Assembly: GCA_039591615.1 (NCBI GenBank)
Contig: JBDHDH010000004.1
Location: forward strand, 1,825-65,824
Direction of reading: 5' to 3'
Length of the DNA: 64,000 nt
Source: Gemmatimonadota bacterium
GTDB lineage: Bacteria; Gemmatimonadota; Gemmatimonadetes; Gemmatimonadales; GWC2-71-9
Every line of letters starts with the position of its first letter. Position 1 is the first letter of the stretch. A program made the position numbers and the translations under genes. This document shows positions 1-10,087 of the stretch, in pieces. A model generated the notes under the pieces. That model was not told where the DNA came from, ran no database searches, and was given only the letters and a program-made list of their open reading frames with translations.

Positions 1-925
1 GGATGTCCATCGTCCCGCCGGGACCCAAGAACTCCAACCCGTTCGAACCTTCGCCGTCGGCGACGGACCAGCGTTCGTTGATCGCGTTGACGAAGAAGAT
101 CCCGTTCTCCTGGCCCGTGCTGTTGATGGAGTGGTCGAGGTTGAACACGAACTCCGTGGGCACGGAAGCCGCGACGGTTGCAGCGGCTACGAAGTCTCCC
201 ACGTCGAGGAGCGCGCGCGCCGTTCCCAAGGTTGCGATCGCCTCCTGCCGAGACGAGCCAGCACCCTGCGCATCGGTCGAGGCGCTGGCGAACCGCTCGA
301 CGGCCACGTCGTAGATCTGCGAGGTGGTGAGCGGCTGACCGAAGTCGAGGGTCCCGTCGGGATTTCCCTTGCTGAACGGCACTCCGGAGCAGAAGCTCTC
401 GGCGATCAGGAGGTACATGTACCCTGCGAGATTGTTCATCTGCGCCTTCTGCCCCAAGCTCGTGGCGTCGCTGGGATCGTCCGCGTTGTCATTGATGAAT
501 TCGACGGCCCGCTCCGCCGATCGTCGTGCCCGCTGGAGATTGCGGAACAGCGTGGTGAGTTCGGCGTTGCGGATGTCGATGCTGCGTGAGTCGATCTCGA
601 TCCGCGTAGGGAAGGTTCCCGAAAGGAACCACTCATCACCCAGCAAACCGGAGTACATGACGACTCCCACGATTGGCGTGGCGTCGCCGGCGTACGCCAG
701 CGAGAAGTCGCCGATGGCGCCCTGCACGATCGTCGGGATCGCTTGCGGTCCCTCGAGGTCCTCCGGCAGGATGATATCCGGATCGACCGTTTCCAGCGGA
801 TTGTCGCACGCCGTGACCGCCAGCGCGAGGGTAGCCGCGAGGGCGAGCCAGCGGCGGGGGAGGAGCCGTCGGCCCCTCCCATCCGCGACCGGTGCTCTAT
901 TGGTGTACATGCTCATAGCTATCAT
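1..925 (-). CDS. RagB/SusD family nutrient-uptake lipoprotein (3'-truncated by window edge; not in ORF track)
   Basis: Manual translation from ATG 925: MIAMSMYTNRAPVADGRGRRLLPRRWLALAATLALAVTAC|DNPLETVDPDII...GLLGDEW...AESFCSGVP; lipobox; open to position 1; directly downstream of susC. Confidence 0.88.
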   Translation of the reverse strand, partial: MIAMSMYTNRAPVADGRGRRLLPRRWLALAATLALAVTACDNPLETVDPDIILPEDLEGPQAIPTIVQGAIGDFSLAYAGDATPIVGVVMYSGLLGDEWFLSGTFPTRIEIDSRSIDIRNAELTTLFRNLQRARRSAERAVEFINDNADDPSDATSLGQKAQMNNLAGYMYLLIAESFCSGVPFSKGNPDGTLDFGQPLTTSQIYDVAVERFASASTDAQGAGSSRQEAIATLGTARALLDVGDFVAAATVAASVPTEFVFNLDHSINSTGQENGIFFVNAINERWSVADGEGSNGLEFLGPGGTMDI

Positions 926-934
926 ATCCTCGAA

Positions 935-3900
935 TCAGAAGGTCACGTTCAGGCGCGCAGTCCAATACCGAACCGGCGGCTGCGTCAGGAAGTCGGCCGT
1001 CGTGAAGTTGTTCACTGGTGACGTGATCACTTCCGGATCGACCCCCGTGTAGTCGGTGATGGTGAACAGGTTGCGGCCTGTGAGTGTGATGCTCACCCGC
1101 TCACTGCCCAGCGCCTGTGTCCACGAATCTGGGAAGAAGAACGTCAAGGACGCTTCCCGCAGCTTCCAGAAGCTGGCGTTCTCGATGAAGCCGCCATCGG
1201 AGCTGCTGGGGTGCAGCGCATCCGCGACCGTCGCAGCCTGCTTCTCGAAATCGGAGCCCGGAACTACCGCCTCTTCGCAGAGGAAGAACTGCCCGCAGCG
1301 GAATTCTTCGGTATCGTTATACAGGCTGTGACCCCCTCGGTGATCCAGCAGCCCGCTGATCCGAATTCGATTCCACAGCGTGACGGCACTCTGGATCGAC
1401 ACCTCTCGTTTCGGAATAGGCGTACCCAAAAACTCGGGCTCGTCACTCACCTCGATCTCATCCAGGCTGATGATCCCGTCACCGTCCAGATCGCCGAGCA
1501 GCGTGACCCGGTTCTGGAAGTACGATCCGGCTGGGAAGCCAGCTTCGTGACGCTGGGTATCGCCGCCGAGGCCGAAGATGATCGGTTCGACGTCCTCACC
1601 GAGATCGTTGACCTTGTTGCTGATTGTCGCACCCTTGAGGGTGACGTCCCAGAGCACGTCCCGCGTCTGTAGGACCTGTGCCGACACCGTGCCCTCGAAT
1701 CCGCGGTTCCGCACCGAGGCGAGGTTCACGAACTGCTGTGATCCCGTCCCCAGCGACGGCGCGGTATTTCGATTGACCAGCGCGTCCTCGGTGTTCTTGT
1801 GGTAGTACGTCACATCGAGGCTCACCCGGTCGCTGAACAGACCGGCGTCGAAACCCAGCTCGATCTCCTCCGACCGCTCCGGCTTGAGATCGAGATTCCC
1901 CAGGGAACTATCGGTGATTCCCACGACGTCGAGGCCGCCCTGTGTCACCGCCGTCGCCAAGAAGAATCGGGCGGCCGAGTTCTGGGTAGGCTGCACGCCG
2001 GTCTGACCCCACGCCGCCCGCAGGCGGAGCGAGCTCAAGAACGTGCTGGTTGGGAAGAACGGCTCCTCGCCGATCACCCACGACAGGCTCGCCTTCGGAT
2101 ACGCCACCAGGTCGAAGGACTCACCGAAAGCATTGTTATCATCGACCCGTAAACCACCGGTGACGAAAACCCGGTCGTTCCAGGAGAACTGCTGTTCCCC
2201 GAACACACCGATCGTCGTGTTCTCGGCGGTGGCCTCGAACGCGGACGTGATCACCGCGGACGCCAACGAGCTGCTTCCCGCCGGAATCCGGTTCCCGAAG
2301 GCGAAGGTCCCTTCGGAGATGTTCTGGAAGAACTGGAAGCCGACGGACGACCGAGATGCGATTGCATCCGTGACACTGGCAGTCGCCGTGGTGCCGAGAT
2401 CAACCGTGTACTGGAACGTGTTGATGCGGTTCGAGTTCCTCGTCCCGTCGATGTTGGTGGCGAAGGGCACCTCACCCGTGGGGAAGAAGTCGTTGTCGAA
2501 CTGGTTGGTGAAATCCACCCCGAAGGCGCTGCGGGTCGCGAGCCATTCGAGAGGTTGCCAGTTCGACTGCAAGCTCCCCGTGAACCGTTCGACATTCTGC
2601 TTCGCCTGAATGGCGAAGACCTGATCCGGCGTGAAGAAGCCGAAGCCGGTCTCGGGAGTCGCGCCGCCGAAGAACCCGCTGGGGAGCATCCCCAAGACGT
2701 TGTTGTCGTTCTGTGGCAGACGGAGATCGCTGGACACGAACCCCACCGAAACGGACCAGTCGGCGTTGGGCAGCACCTGGGAACGGAGGTTCGCCCGGAG
2801 ACTCACCCGCTCGAGCTCGTTGGGCCGCACCAAGCTACCTGGCAGTTCGCCCCGCTCGCTGACGAGCCGCGCCTCGGTCGTATCGGGAAGGCGGAGCGTT
2901 CCCACCTCGCGCTCGAACTCGCCGGACAAGAAGTAGCTCAACTTGTCAGTTCCACCGGAAACGTTGAGGCCGACCTGCTGACGGTTCCCGATGTCGATGG
3001 GGCTCGCTTCGTCGTCCTCCAACACGTTGAACGACTGGATTTCCCCTTGCGAGCAGGCATCGAGCGTCTGGAGCACCAGGAAGCACCCGTTGTCCTGCGC
3101 GTAGTTGGTGGGATAGCTGTTGGGATCGTTGATGACCCCACCCTCGACGTAGAAGTTCCAGCGTGGCTCGCCTGCACGGCCGCGCTTCGTCGTGATGAGG
3201 AGAACCCCGTTGGCCGCTTCGGTCCCGTACAGCGTAGCAGCCGAAGGACCCTTGATCACCTCGATGGACTCGATCTCCTCGGGATTGATGTCGTTGATGC
3301 GCGACGGTTGCTGTCCGCCTACACTTATCGAGCTGAGCCCGAACGACGCGTTGGTGTTGTCGATCCGCACGCCGTCGAGGTAGATGAGCGGCTCGTTGGT
3401 CAGTGAAAGGCTGTTCGCACCCCGGACACGGATCCGCGTGCCGCCGCCGGTGGTCCCGCTGGCCGAACTAACGATCACACCGGGAGCCCGAGAGCTCAGC
3501 AGATCCGAGAAGTTGGTGATTGCGCCCGCCTCGACCTCCTTGAGGGCGTCGATCTTCGCGATGTTGTTGGCAACCTCACGACTGCGACGCTCACCCGTTG
3601 CCGTGACGAAGATCTGGTCCAGCAGAATCGCCGATGCTTCGAGCTGAAAATCTGCCGTCACCGGCTGGCCTGCCGTCACGGTAATGGTCTGGTCCTGCGG
3701 GGCATAGCCAATCCGCACGACGCGGAGCTGCACCTGACCGACAGGGACGCCGTCAAACCGGAAGGTGCCGTCCTGATTGGTGATGGCCTGACGACTGGTG
3801 CCCACGAGCACGATCCGTGCGCCGGTCACCGGCTGCCCCGAGACCTGTTCGACGACTCGGCCGGTCAACGACCCCGTGGCCTGTGCCTGAGCGACCGTCG

Positions 3901-3964
3901 GAACCACCCATGTCAGGGCGACTACTGCGATCGCTACGAATACTCTCACTACTCTCGTACTCAT
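935..3964 (-). CDS. SusC/RagA family TonB-linked outer membrane receptor
   Basis: Signal peptide, carboxypeptidase-regulatory-like N-domain, plug motif DINPEEIESIEVIKGPSAATLYGTEAANGVLLITTKRG, LKPERSEEIELG, C-terminal Phe. Confidence 0.95.
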   Translation of the reverse strand: MSTRVVRVFVAIAVVALTWVVPTVAQAQATGSLTGRVVEQVSGQPVTGARIVLVGTSRQAITNQDGTFRFDGVPVGQVQLRVVRIGYAPQDQTITVTAGQPVTADFQLEASAILLDQIFVTATGERRSREVANNIAKIDALKEVEAGAITNFSDLLSSRAPGVIVSSASGTTGGGTRIRVRGANSLSLTNEPLIYLDGVRIDNTNASFGLSSISVGGQQPSRINDINPEEIESIEVIKGPSAATLYGTEAANGVLLITTKRGRAGEPRWNFYVEGGVINDPNSYPTNYAQDNGCFLVLQTLDACSQGEIQSFNVLEDDEASPIDIGNRQQVGLNVSGGTDKLSYFLSGEFEREVGTLRLPDTTEARLVSERGELPGSLVRPNELERVSLRANLRSQVLPNADWSVSVGFVSSDLRLPQNDNNVLGMLPSGFFGGATPETGFGFFTPDQVFAIQAKQNVERFTGSLQSNWQPLEWLATRSAFGVDFTNQFDNDFFPTGEVPFATNIDGTRNSNRINTFQYTVDLGTTATASVTDAIASRSSVGFQFFQNISEGTFAFGNRIPAGSSSLASAVITSAFEATAENTTIGVFGEQQFSWNDRVFVTGGLRVDDNNAFGESFDLVAYPKASLSWVIGEEPFFPTSTFLSSLRLRAAWGQTGVQPTQNSAARFFLATAVTQGGLDVVGITDSSLGNLDLKPERSEEIELGFDAGLFSDRVSLDVTYYHKNTEDALVNRNTAPSLGTGSQQFVNLASVRNRGFEGTVSAQVLQTRDVLWDVTLKGATISNKVNDLGEDVEPIIFGLGGDTQRHEAGFPAGSYFQNRVTLLGDLDGDGIISLDEIEVSDEPEFLGTPIPKREVSIQSAVTLWNRIRISGLLDHRGGHSLYNDTEEFRCGQFFLCEEAVVPGSDFEKQAATVADALHPSSSDGGFIENASFWKLREASLTFFFPDSWTQALGSERVSITLTGRNLFTITDYTGVDPEVITSPVNNFTTADFLTQPPVRYWTARLNVTF

Positions 3965-4621
3965 TGTTTGTCACCTCACGAGAATTGGTTTGGTGCTTCT
4001 CAGTTGCGCACGACAGTTTCAAGAGCCCATACACGACACCTCCTCGAGAAGACGTACCACTCTATATGGACGCACACTGCGCCCGAACCGCGCGGACGCA
4101 CGCCGACGCGGCGAAACAGAATCGATTTTCCAGGGGAGCGAACGTGGGGAGAGAGCGTTCGAAGGGTCGATTGCGCCTTTCGGACGCACGCGCTGTTCCC
4201 GCTACGGAGAAGACTCAGTTGTCGTGAAACGACCTGCGAAGGCTGACAAAAAGATGTCGATAGCACCCCGATTCGGTATCGATACGCCCCTTCACCACCC
4301 ATGACGCCCGCGACGGGCAGGCGTCATGCCCCACATCTGTCAACCGGTTGTTGTCTCTTACGTGCTCCTAACCCCGTTCGATGGTCGGAGGTTCCACGAG
4401 TTCCGTTTCGCCTTGAAACCAAGTGGTCGGTCGCTCCGAAGTTAATTGTCCAGGTGGTTGGCGCGCCGGGCCAAGCCACGCGCGAGTGGTGAGCCTCGGG
4501 GTGATGCTTCGTGTGGATAACCACGGTAATACCGTCGAGTTCCGCCTGCACTAGATTCGGAGATCGACGCGGGCACGAGCAGGCCCATGCGTCGTGATCC
4601 TATCGAGGGAGGCTCCGATCC

Positions 4622-5461
4622 GTGCAACTCGCCCTGGCCCAACAGGCTGCCAGTCCAGACCGCGACCTGAACCTCCGTTTGGCACTCGATGCCATGGAGC
4701 GGGCGGCTGCTCTCGGCGCCGAGGTCATTGCCTTCCCCGAACTGGCCATCGACCGGTTCTTTCCACAGCATCCCGAGCACGCGTCGGCAGCCACCTTGGC
4801 TGAGGCGATCCCGGGACCGACGGCGGACTGCATCGCGGAGCGGGCACGCGCCCTGTCTTTGGTGACCGTCTTCAACATGTACGAGGTAGATGCCGACGGC
4901 CGACACTTCGACAGCTCTCCCGTCTTCGATGCCGACGGGAGCCTCCTCGGCATCACCAGGATGGTTCACATCACCGAATACGCCTGCTTCCATGAGCAGG
5001 CCTATTACGATCCCGGCGACCGCGGTGCGCCGGTATACTCGACACGGGCAGGACAGATCGGCGTTGCGATCTGCTACGACCGCCACTATCCGGAATACAT
5101 GCGCGCCCTTGGTGTGGGTGGGGCACAGTTGGTCGTCATTCCGCAGGCAGGTGCGCTGGACGAGTGGCCCGACGGGCTCTTCGAGGCCGAAGTTCGCACC
5201 GCCGCCTTCCAGAACGGCTATTTCGCAGCGCTGTGCAACCGAGTGGGAGAAGAGGAGCGACTCACCTTTGCGGGCGAGTCCTTCGTAGTGGACCCGCAGG
5301 GCCAGATTGTCGCGCGGGGCAAGCGGCTGGGAGACGACCTGGTGATCGTGGATCTCGACCTGGCGCAGTGCGCGACTTCACCCGCTCGCAGGCTATTTTG
5401 GCGAGACCGGAGACCCGACCTGTACGGCAGGTGGCTGGGCGGCGGAAGCAGTGAGCGGTGA
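4622..5461 (+). CDS. Carbon-nitrogen hydrolase (nitrilase superfamily, N-carbamoylputrescine amidase/beta-ureidopropionase-like)
   Basis: FPELA (Glu), AICYDRHYPE (Cys), NRVG, GESFVVDP, DRRPDLY; SD GAGGGAGG before GTG 4622. Confidence 0.9.
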   Translation: MQLALAQQAASPDRDLNLRLALDAMERAAALGAEVIAFPELAIDRFFPQHPEHASAATLAEAIPGPTADCIAERARALSLVTVFNMYEVDADGRHFDSSPVFDADGSLLGITRMVHITEYACFHEQAYYDPGDRGAPVYSTRAGQIGVAICYDRHYPEYMRALGVGGAQLVVIPQAGALDEWPDGLFEAEVRTAAFQNGYFAALCNRVGEEERLTFAGESFVVDPQGQIVARGKRLGDDLVIVDLDLAQCATSPARRLFWRDRRPDLYGRWLGGGSSER

Positions 5462-5519
5462 GCAGTGAGCAGTGAGCCAGCACACGGTGGGCACTGCTTA
5501 CTGCTCGCTGCTCACTGTA
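5447..5519. repeat. Inverted array of heptamer repeats (AGCAGTG x4, then CACTGCT-like x4) forming a long hairpin between convergent genes
   Basis: agcagtg agcggtg agcagtg agcagtg ... cactgct tactgct cgctgct cactgta read directly. Confidence 0.85.
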
Positions 5520-5521
5520 GT

Positions 5522-8500
5522 TCACACGGTCACCGGCTCGGGTGTCGGATACTCATCTGTCCGGACTGGCAGCTCTTCCAGCTCTGTCTCCTCGGCATGC
5601 TCCCCCTTGAAGTGCTTGGCGATCCAGTCGTCGAGATCGTCGAGGAGCGAGTACATCACCGGCACGAGCACGAGCGTGAGGAAGGTCGCGAAGGTGAGTC
5701 CGGCGATAACTGCGATGGCCATGGGCCCCCACCACGCCGCCTGCTCACCGCCCCAAAACGGATTGGGGTCCAGCCGTGTGTAGAGTCCAAGGAAATCGAA
5801 GTTCAAACCTATGGCGAGCGGAACGAGCCCCAGGACCGTAGTAATGGCGGTGAGGATCACCGGCCGGAACCTCGTCACTCCACCCTGCACCAGCGCCCGC
5901 ATTCGGGACAAGCCGTCGCGGTGGCGCAGCTGATCGACGTAGTCGATCAACACGATGGCATTGTTCACGACGACGCCCGCCAGGCTGATGGTGCCAACGC
6001 CCGTCATGATGATCCCAAACGGCATCCGGAACAGCATCAGGCCAATGAGGACGCCAACAGTCGAGAGCACAACCGAGCTCAGGATGATGAGGGGCTTCGT
6101 GACCGAGTCGAACTGGGTCACCAGAATGAAACCGATGAGAAAGACCGCGGTGAAGAACGCCCCCAGCAGGAACGCTTGCGATTCCTGCTGTTCCTCCTGC
6201 TCGCCAGTGTAGGCCATGGTGTAACCGCTGGGTAACGACTGCCCGAACTCGGCGAGGTCCTGCCGGACCTCGGCGAGGACCGCGTTTCCGTTATATCCCT
6301 GGCGCACATCGGAGGAGACGGTCACGACCTTTTCGAGGTCCTTGCGATTGATGTCAGCGAATCCTTCCCCAACGGACCACGTGGCCACTGACGACAGTGG
6401 GATCTGATCGCCGGACTCGTTGACAACCGTGAGGTCCCCGATAGCGCCCAGGTTATTCCGATACTCCTCCGCCAGGCGCACGGTGATGTCGTATTCGTCC
6501 TTCCCGTCTCGGTACTTGGAGGCCTCGGTGCCGTTGATGGCGCTCCGCACCGTGAAGCCGACGTCACGGGTGTTGAGTCCGTAGAGAGCCGCTTTCTCCC
6601 GATCGACGTCGACCACCAGCTCGGGCCGACCGTCCGCCATGTCGCTCTCCAGTCCGTCGAGCTTCGCAAACACTGGGGAGTTTTCCAGAATCGCCACCGC
6701 CTCATCACCCAATGCCTTCAGCATCGCCGGGTCCTCGCCGGAGATTTCGATCGTCACCGGGAGACCTGTGGGAGGGCCAGACTCTTGCGTCTCCACCGAC
6801 ACGTCCGCACCCACGATCTCCCGAGCAATCCGGTCTCGCATCCGGTCTAGGAGGGCTGTCGCCTGGACGGTTCGGTCCTGGAAGTCGACGAAGTTCACGG
6901 TTACCGTGGCGAGATGGGTTCCCCGACCGCCGCCGAAACCGCTCACCGACTGCCCGACGGTCGTCACCACTGACTGGAAGTTCTGCCGCTCGTCCTCTGA
7001 GAACTCGGCCAACACCTTCTCGACCCGATCGGCAATTTGATCGGTCTGTTCGACACGCGTCCCCGTGGGGGTTTCGATCTGAACGAATGCCATCGGGGGT
7101 GGGATATCCTCCGGAAAGAGCTCGATGCCGGCATTGAGCATTCCGAAGGTCATGACAGCGACCACGACAGACGCACCCGCTCCGGCCAGCATGCGGAACC
7201 GATGCGTGAGCGCCCACCGCAAGACGCGTTCGTACCGCCGCAAGACGGTCGGGAGCCCTTTGTGGATGAACCAATGGCCAAACGGTGCCATCGCATGCCG
7301 ATAGATCCAGAACAAACCGATTGCCGTGAGACCGAGGAGCACGGTCGCCAGCCAATCCACGATGAGCCCAACGAGCACCGCCAGCGCCATCGCACCCACG
7401 ATCAACTTCCGGGCTGCCGGAGGGAGCGCCGTCTTCGGCCCCGTCTCCGGATCCAGCCACAGCGAGCAGAGAGTGGGATTGATCACCAGCCCCACGAACA
7501 ACGACGACGAGAGGGTGATGATCAACGTGAGGGGTAAGTACTTCATGAACTCGCCGATGATGCCAGGCCACAAGGCCATGGGGGCGAAGGCGGCGAGTGT
7601 CGTGGCCGTCGAGGCGATGATGGGCATCGCCACTTCTCCAGTCCCCAACTTCGCGGCCGTAACCCGGTCGTACCCCTCCTCCCGAAACCGGTAGATGTTC
7701 TCCACCACGACGATCCCGTTATCGACGAGCATACCGAGTGCCAGGATCAGGCTGAAAAGCACCACGATGTTCATCGTGAAGCCCAGGAGCTGCATCACGC
7801 TGAACGAGATCAACATCGAGAGTGGAATCGCTATCCCGACGAACGATGCGGTTTGCAACCCCAGGAAGAACAGAAGCACCCCCACCACCAGGATGAGTCC
7901 CGAGATGATATTGTTCTCGAGACTGCTCACCATCTCGTGAATGTCTTCCGACTGGTCGGAGGTCATCTTGACGATGGTGCCGGGGGGGAACGAAGGCTCC
8001 AACTCCGCGATGACGCCCCTGACTCTATCTGCCGTCTCGATGATGTTCTCGCCGCTGCGCTTCGAGACGGACAGGGTCACTACCGGATTGCCGTCGAGTC
8101 GGGCGAAACTATCCCGCTCTTTGAACCCGAAGTCCACCGTGGCGACGTCTCGGATATAGATGGGCTGCCCACCTCGCGTGACGATGACGATGTCGGCGAG
8201 GGGATCGGTCGTCTCGAACTCTCCCGGCACGCGGACGAGATACTTCACGTTGCCGACGTCGATAGACCCACCCGGGATCGTGACGTTCTCGTTCCAGATC
8301 GCGTCGATGACATCGTCGAAGGCGAGACCGTAGAACTTGAGCTTCCCCAAGTCGACGTCGACCTGGACCTCGCGCTCCAAGCCCCCGGCGAGGTTGACCT
8401 CGAGAACGCTGGGAATTTGCTCGAGTCGATCCTGAATATCCTCCGCCACTTCGCGAAGCCGGACGAGATCATATTCCCCAGCGATGTTCACCTGCATGAT

Positions 8501-8950
8501 GGGGAACTCCGAGAAGTTGATCTCGAAGATCTGCGGCTCCTCGGCAGCGTCCGGCAGGTCCGGTTTCGCGATGTCGACCTTTTCGCGGACCTGCTGCAGG
8601 GCCTCGTTCATGTCGATCCCGGCCGTGAATTCGACATTGATGCTCGAGTACCCCTCGATCGAGGTCGACGTAACGCTCTTCACGTCCGCGATGGTGTTGA
8701 GCTCGTCCTCGATACGCCGCGTGATGAGCGTCTCGATGTCCCGGGGCGCCACACCGGGGTAGATCGTGGTGACGATGATGTTGGGGATGGTGATTTCCGG
8801 ATTGGCCTCCCGCGGAATCCGCGCGTATGCGACCAACCCCGATACGACCAAGATCACCACCAGCACGAGCGCGCTCGTGGGATGATCCACGGCAAGCGAA
8901 GTGAGCTTGAACTGCCTGAAGACGCCGCGCCCTTGTCGTTCGCGTGGCAT
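5522..8950 (-). CDS. Efflux RND transporter permease subunit (AcrB/AcrD/AcrF family)
   Basis: GMLVDNGIVVVENI, GVVVNNAIVLID, RFRPVILTAITTVLGLVPL motifs; 1142 aa. Confidence 0.95.
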   Translation of the reverse strand: MPRERQGRGVFRQFKLTSLAVDHPTSALVLVVILVVSGLVAYARIPREANPEITIPNIIVTTIYPGVAPRDIETLITRRIEDELNTIADVKSVTSTSIEGYSSINVEFTAGIDMNEALQQVREKVDIAKPDLPDAAEEPQIFEINFSEFPIMQVNIAGEYDLVRLREVAEDIQDRLEQIPSVLEVNLAGGLEREVQVDVDLGKLKFYGLAFDDVIDAIWNENVTIPGGSIDVGNVKYLVRVPGEFETTDPLADIVIVTRGGQPIYIRDVATVDFGFKERDSFARLDGNPVVTLSVSKRSGENIIETADRVRGVIAELEPSFPPGTIVKMTSDQSEDIHEMVSSLENNIISGLILVVGVLLFFLGLQTASFVGIAIPLSMLISFSVMQLLGFTMNIVVLFSLILALGMLVDNGIVVVENIYRFREEGYDRVTAAKLGTGEVAMPIIASTATTLAAFAPMALWPGIIGEFMKYLPLTLIITLSSSLFVGLVINPTLCSLWLDPETGPKTALPPAARKLIVGAMALAVLVGLIVDWLATVLLGLTAIGLFWIYRHAMAPFGHWFIHKGLPTVLRRYERVLRWALTHRFRMLAGAGASVVVAVMTFGMLNAGIELFPEDIPPPMAFVQIETPTGTRVEQTDQIADRVEKVLAEFSEDERQNFQSVVTTVGQSVSGFGGGRGTHLATVTVNFVDFQDRTVQATALLDRMRDRIAREIVGADVSVETQESGPPTGLPVTIEISGEDPAMLKALGDEAVAILENSPVFAKLDGLESDMADGRPELVVDVDREKAALYGLNTRDVGFTVRSAINGTEASKYRDGKDEYDITVRLAEEYRNNLGAIGDLTVVNESGDQIPLSSVATWSVGEGFADINRKDLEKVVTVSSDVRQGYNGNAVLAEVRQDLAEFGQSLPSGYTMAYTGEQEEQQESQAFLLGAFFTAVFLIGFILVTQFDSVTKPLIILSSVVLSTVGVLIGLMLFRMPFGIIMTGVGTISLAGVVVNNAIVLIDYVDQLRHRDGLSRMRALVQGGVTRFRPVILTAITTVLGLVPLAIGLNFDFLGLYTRLDPNPFWGGEQAAWWGPMAIAVIAGLTFATFLTLVLVPVMYSLLDDLDDWIAKHFKGEHAEETELEELPVRTDEYPTPEPVTV

Positions 8951-10087
8951 TTACCGCTCCTCCGGTACCACCGGCTCGTTCTGGTTCACGACACGGACCC
9001 GGCTTCCGTCATCCACCTGCATGTACCCCGCCGTGATGAGGAGATCACCGATTTCGATTCCCTCCTCGATCACGGTCCGGTTCGCCGAACTCGGACCGAG
9101 GTTCACACGATGGGCCACGGCGTACAGCTTGCCGTCGCGCTCCTGCGCCACGAACACTTTGTACCCATCCGCCGCCCGCTGCACGACCTCTTGCGGCACA
9201 ACCATCACGTCCCGGAGTCGTTCCTGTTGCACCTGGACATTGGCCACCATATGGGGCTTCACGACGCGACCCGGGTTGCTCATCACGATCTCAATAGGGA
9301 ATGTGCGGTTGCCAGGATCGACGCTGCTTCCCACGAATCCGATGCGCCCTTCGAATTCCCGACCCGGGAAGACGTCGAACCAGATCCGGGCGGGGTTTCC
9401 AACGCGAACTGAGCGAGCAAACCGCTCAGGAATGCCGGCGGCGATCTTGACACGGGACGTGGCGACGATCTGCGCGATACGCGCGCCAATGGCCGCTATT
9501 TCTCCTTCCTCCAGATACTTCTCGTCGAAGACGCCTGTGACCGGTGCGGAAATGACCGTGCGAGTCAGCCGCTCTTCGAGCTGTGCCAGCCGTGCCGCGG
9601 CTTGTTCGGCCTGATACTTCGCCTGCAGGTACGCGATCTCAGTCCCGATTTTCTCGTCGATCCAGAGCTGTCGCTGCCGTTCGTACTGCTCGCGTGCGAG
9701 CTCCGCCGACGCTCGTGCCTCATCGACCTGAGCTGCAAGAAGATCGTCGTCGAGCCGAGCGATGGGCTGACCCCGCTCGACCCGCTGACCCTTCTCCGCG
9801 AGGAATGCCTCGATCCGGCCGGATTCCTCTGCAGCGACCGTCACGTCGTGGAATGCCTCCACCTCACCGGTCACCCGGATGAAATCCGCGAACTCGCCCA
9901 ACGACACGGATGTCACTTCGACGTTGACGATCCGCACTCCGGCTTCTTCCGCCGGGGGCTGCTGCTCCGGATCGCCGTCGTCCCCTGCTGCTGGAGCACA
10001 TGCTGCCACTGCGGCCGCCAAGAGTATCGCGACCGACCGTGCGGCCCAATCGGCTCCATTGCTATGAGCTTGCCTCGTCATGCTCAT
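8951..10087 (-). CDS. Efflux RND periplasmic adaptor (membrane fusion protein), lipoprotein
   Basis: Lipobox AVAAC, lipoyl halves (V.RGQPIARLD, ISAPVTG), coiled coil; between TolC and RND genes. Confidence 0.93.
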   Translation of the reverse strand: MSMTRQAHSNGADWAARSVAILLAAAVAACAPAAGDDGDPEQQPPAEEAGVRIVNVEVTSVSLGEFADFIRVTGEVEAFHDVTVAAEESGRIEAFLAEKGQRVERGQPIARLDDDLLAAQVDEARASAELAREQYERQRQLWIDEKIGTEIAYLQAKYQAEQAAARLAQLEERLTRTVISAPVTGVFDEKYLEEGEIAAIGARIAQIVATSRVKIAAGIPERFARSVRVGNPARIWFDVFPGREFEGRIGFVGSSVDPGNRTFPIEIVMSNPGRVVKPHMVANVQVQQERLRDVMVVPQEVVQRAADGYKVFVAQERDGKLYAVAHRVNLGPSSANRTVIEEGIEIGDLLITAGYMQVDDGSRVRVVNQNEPVVPEER

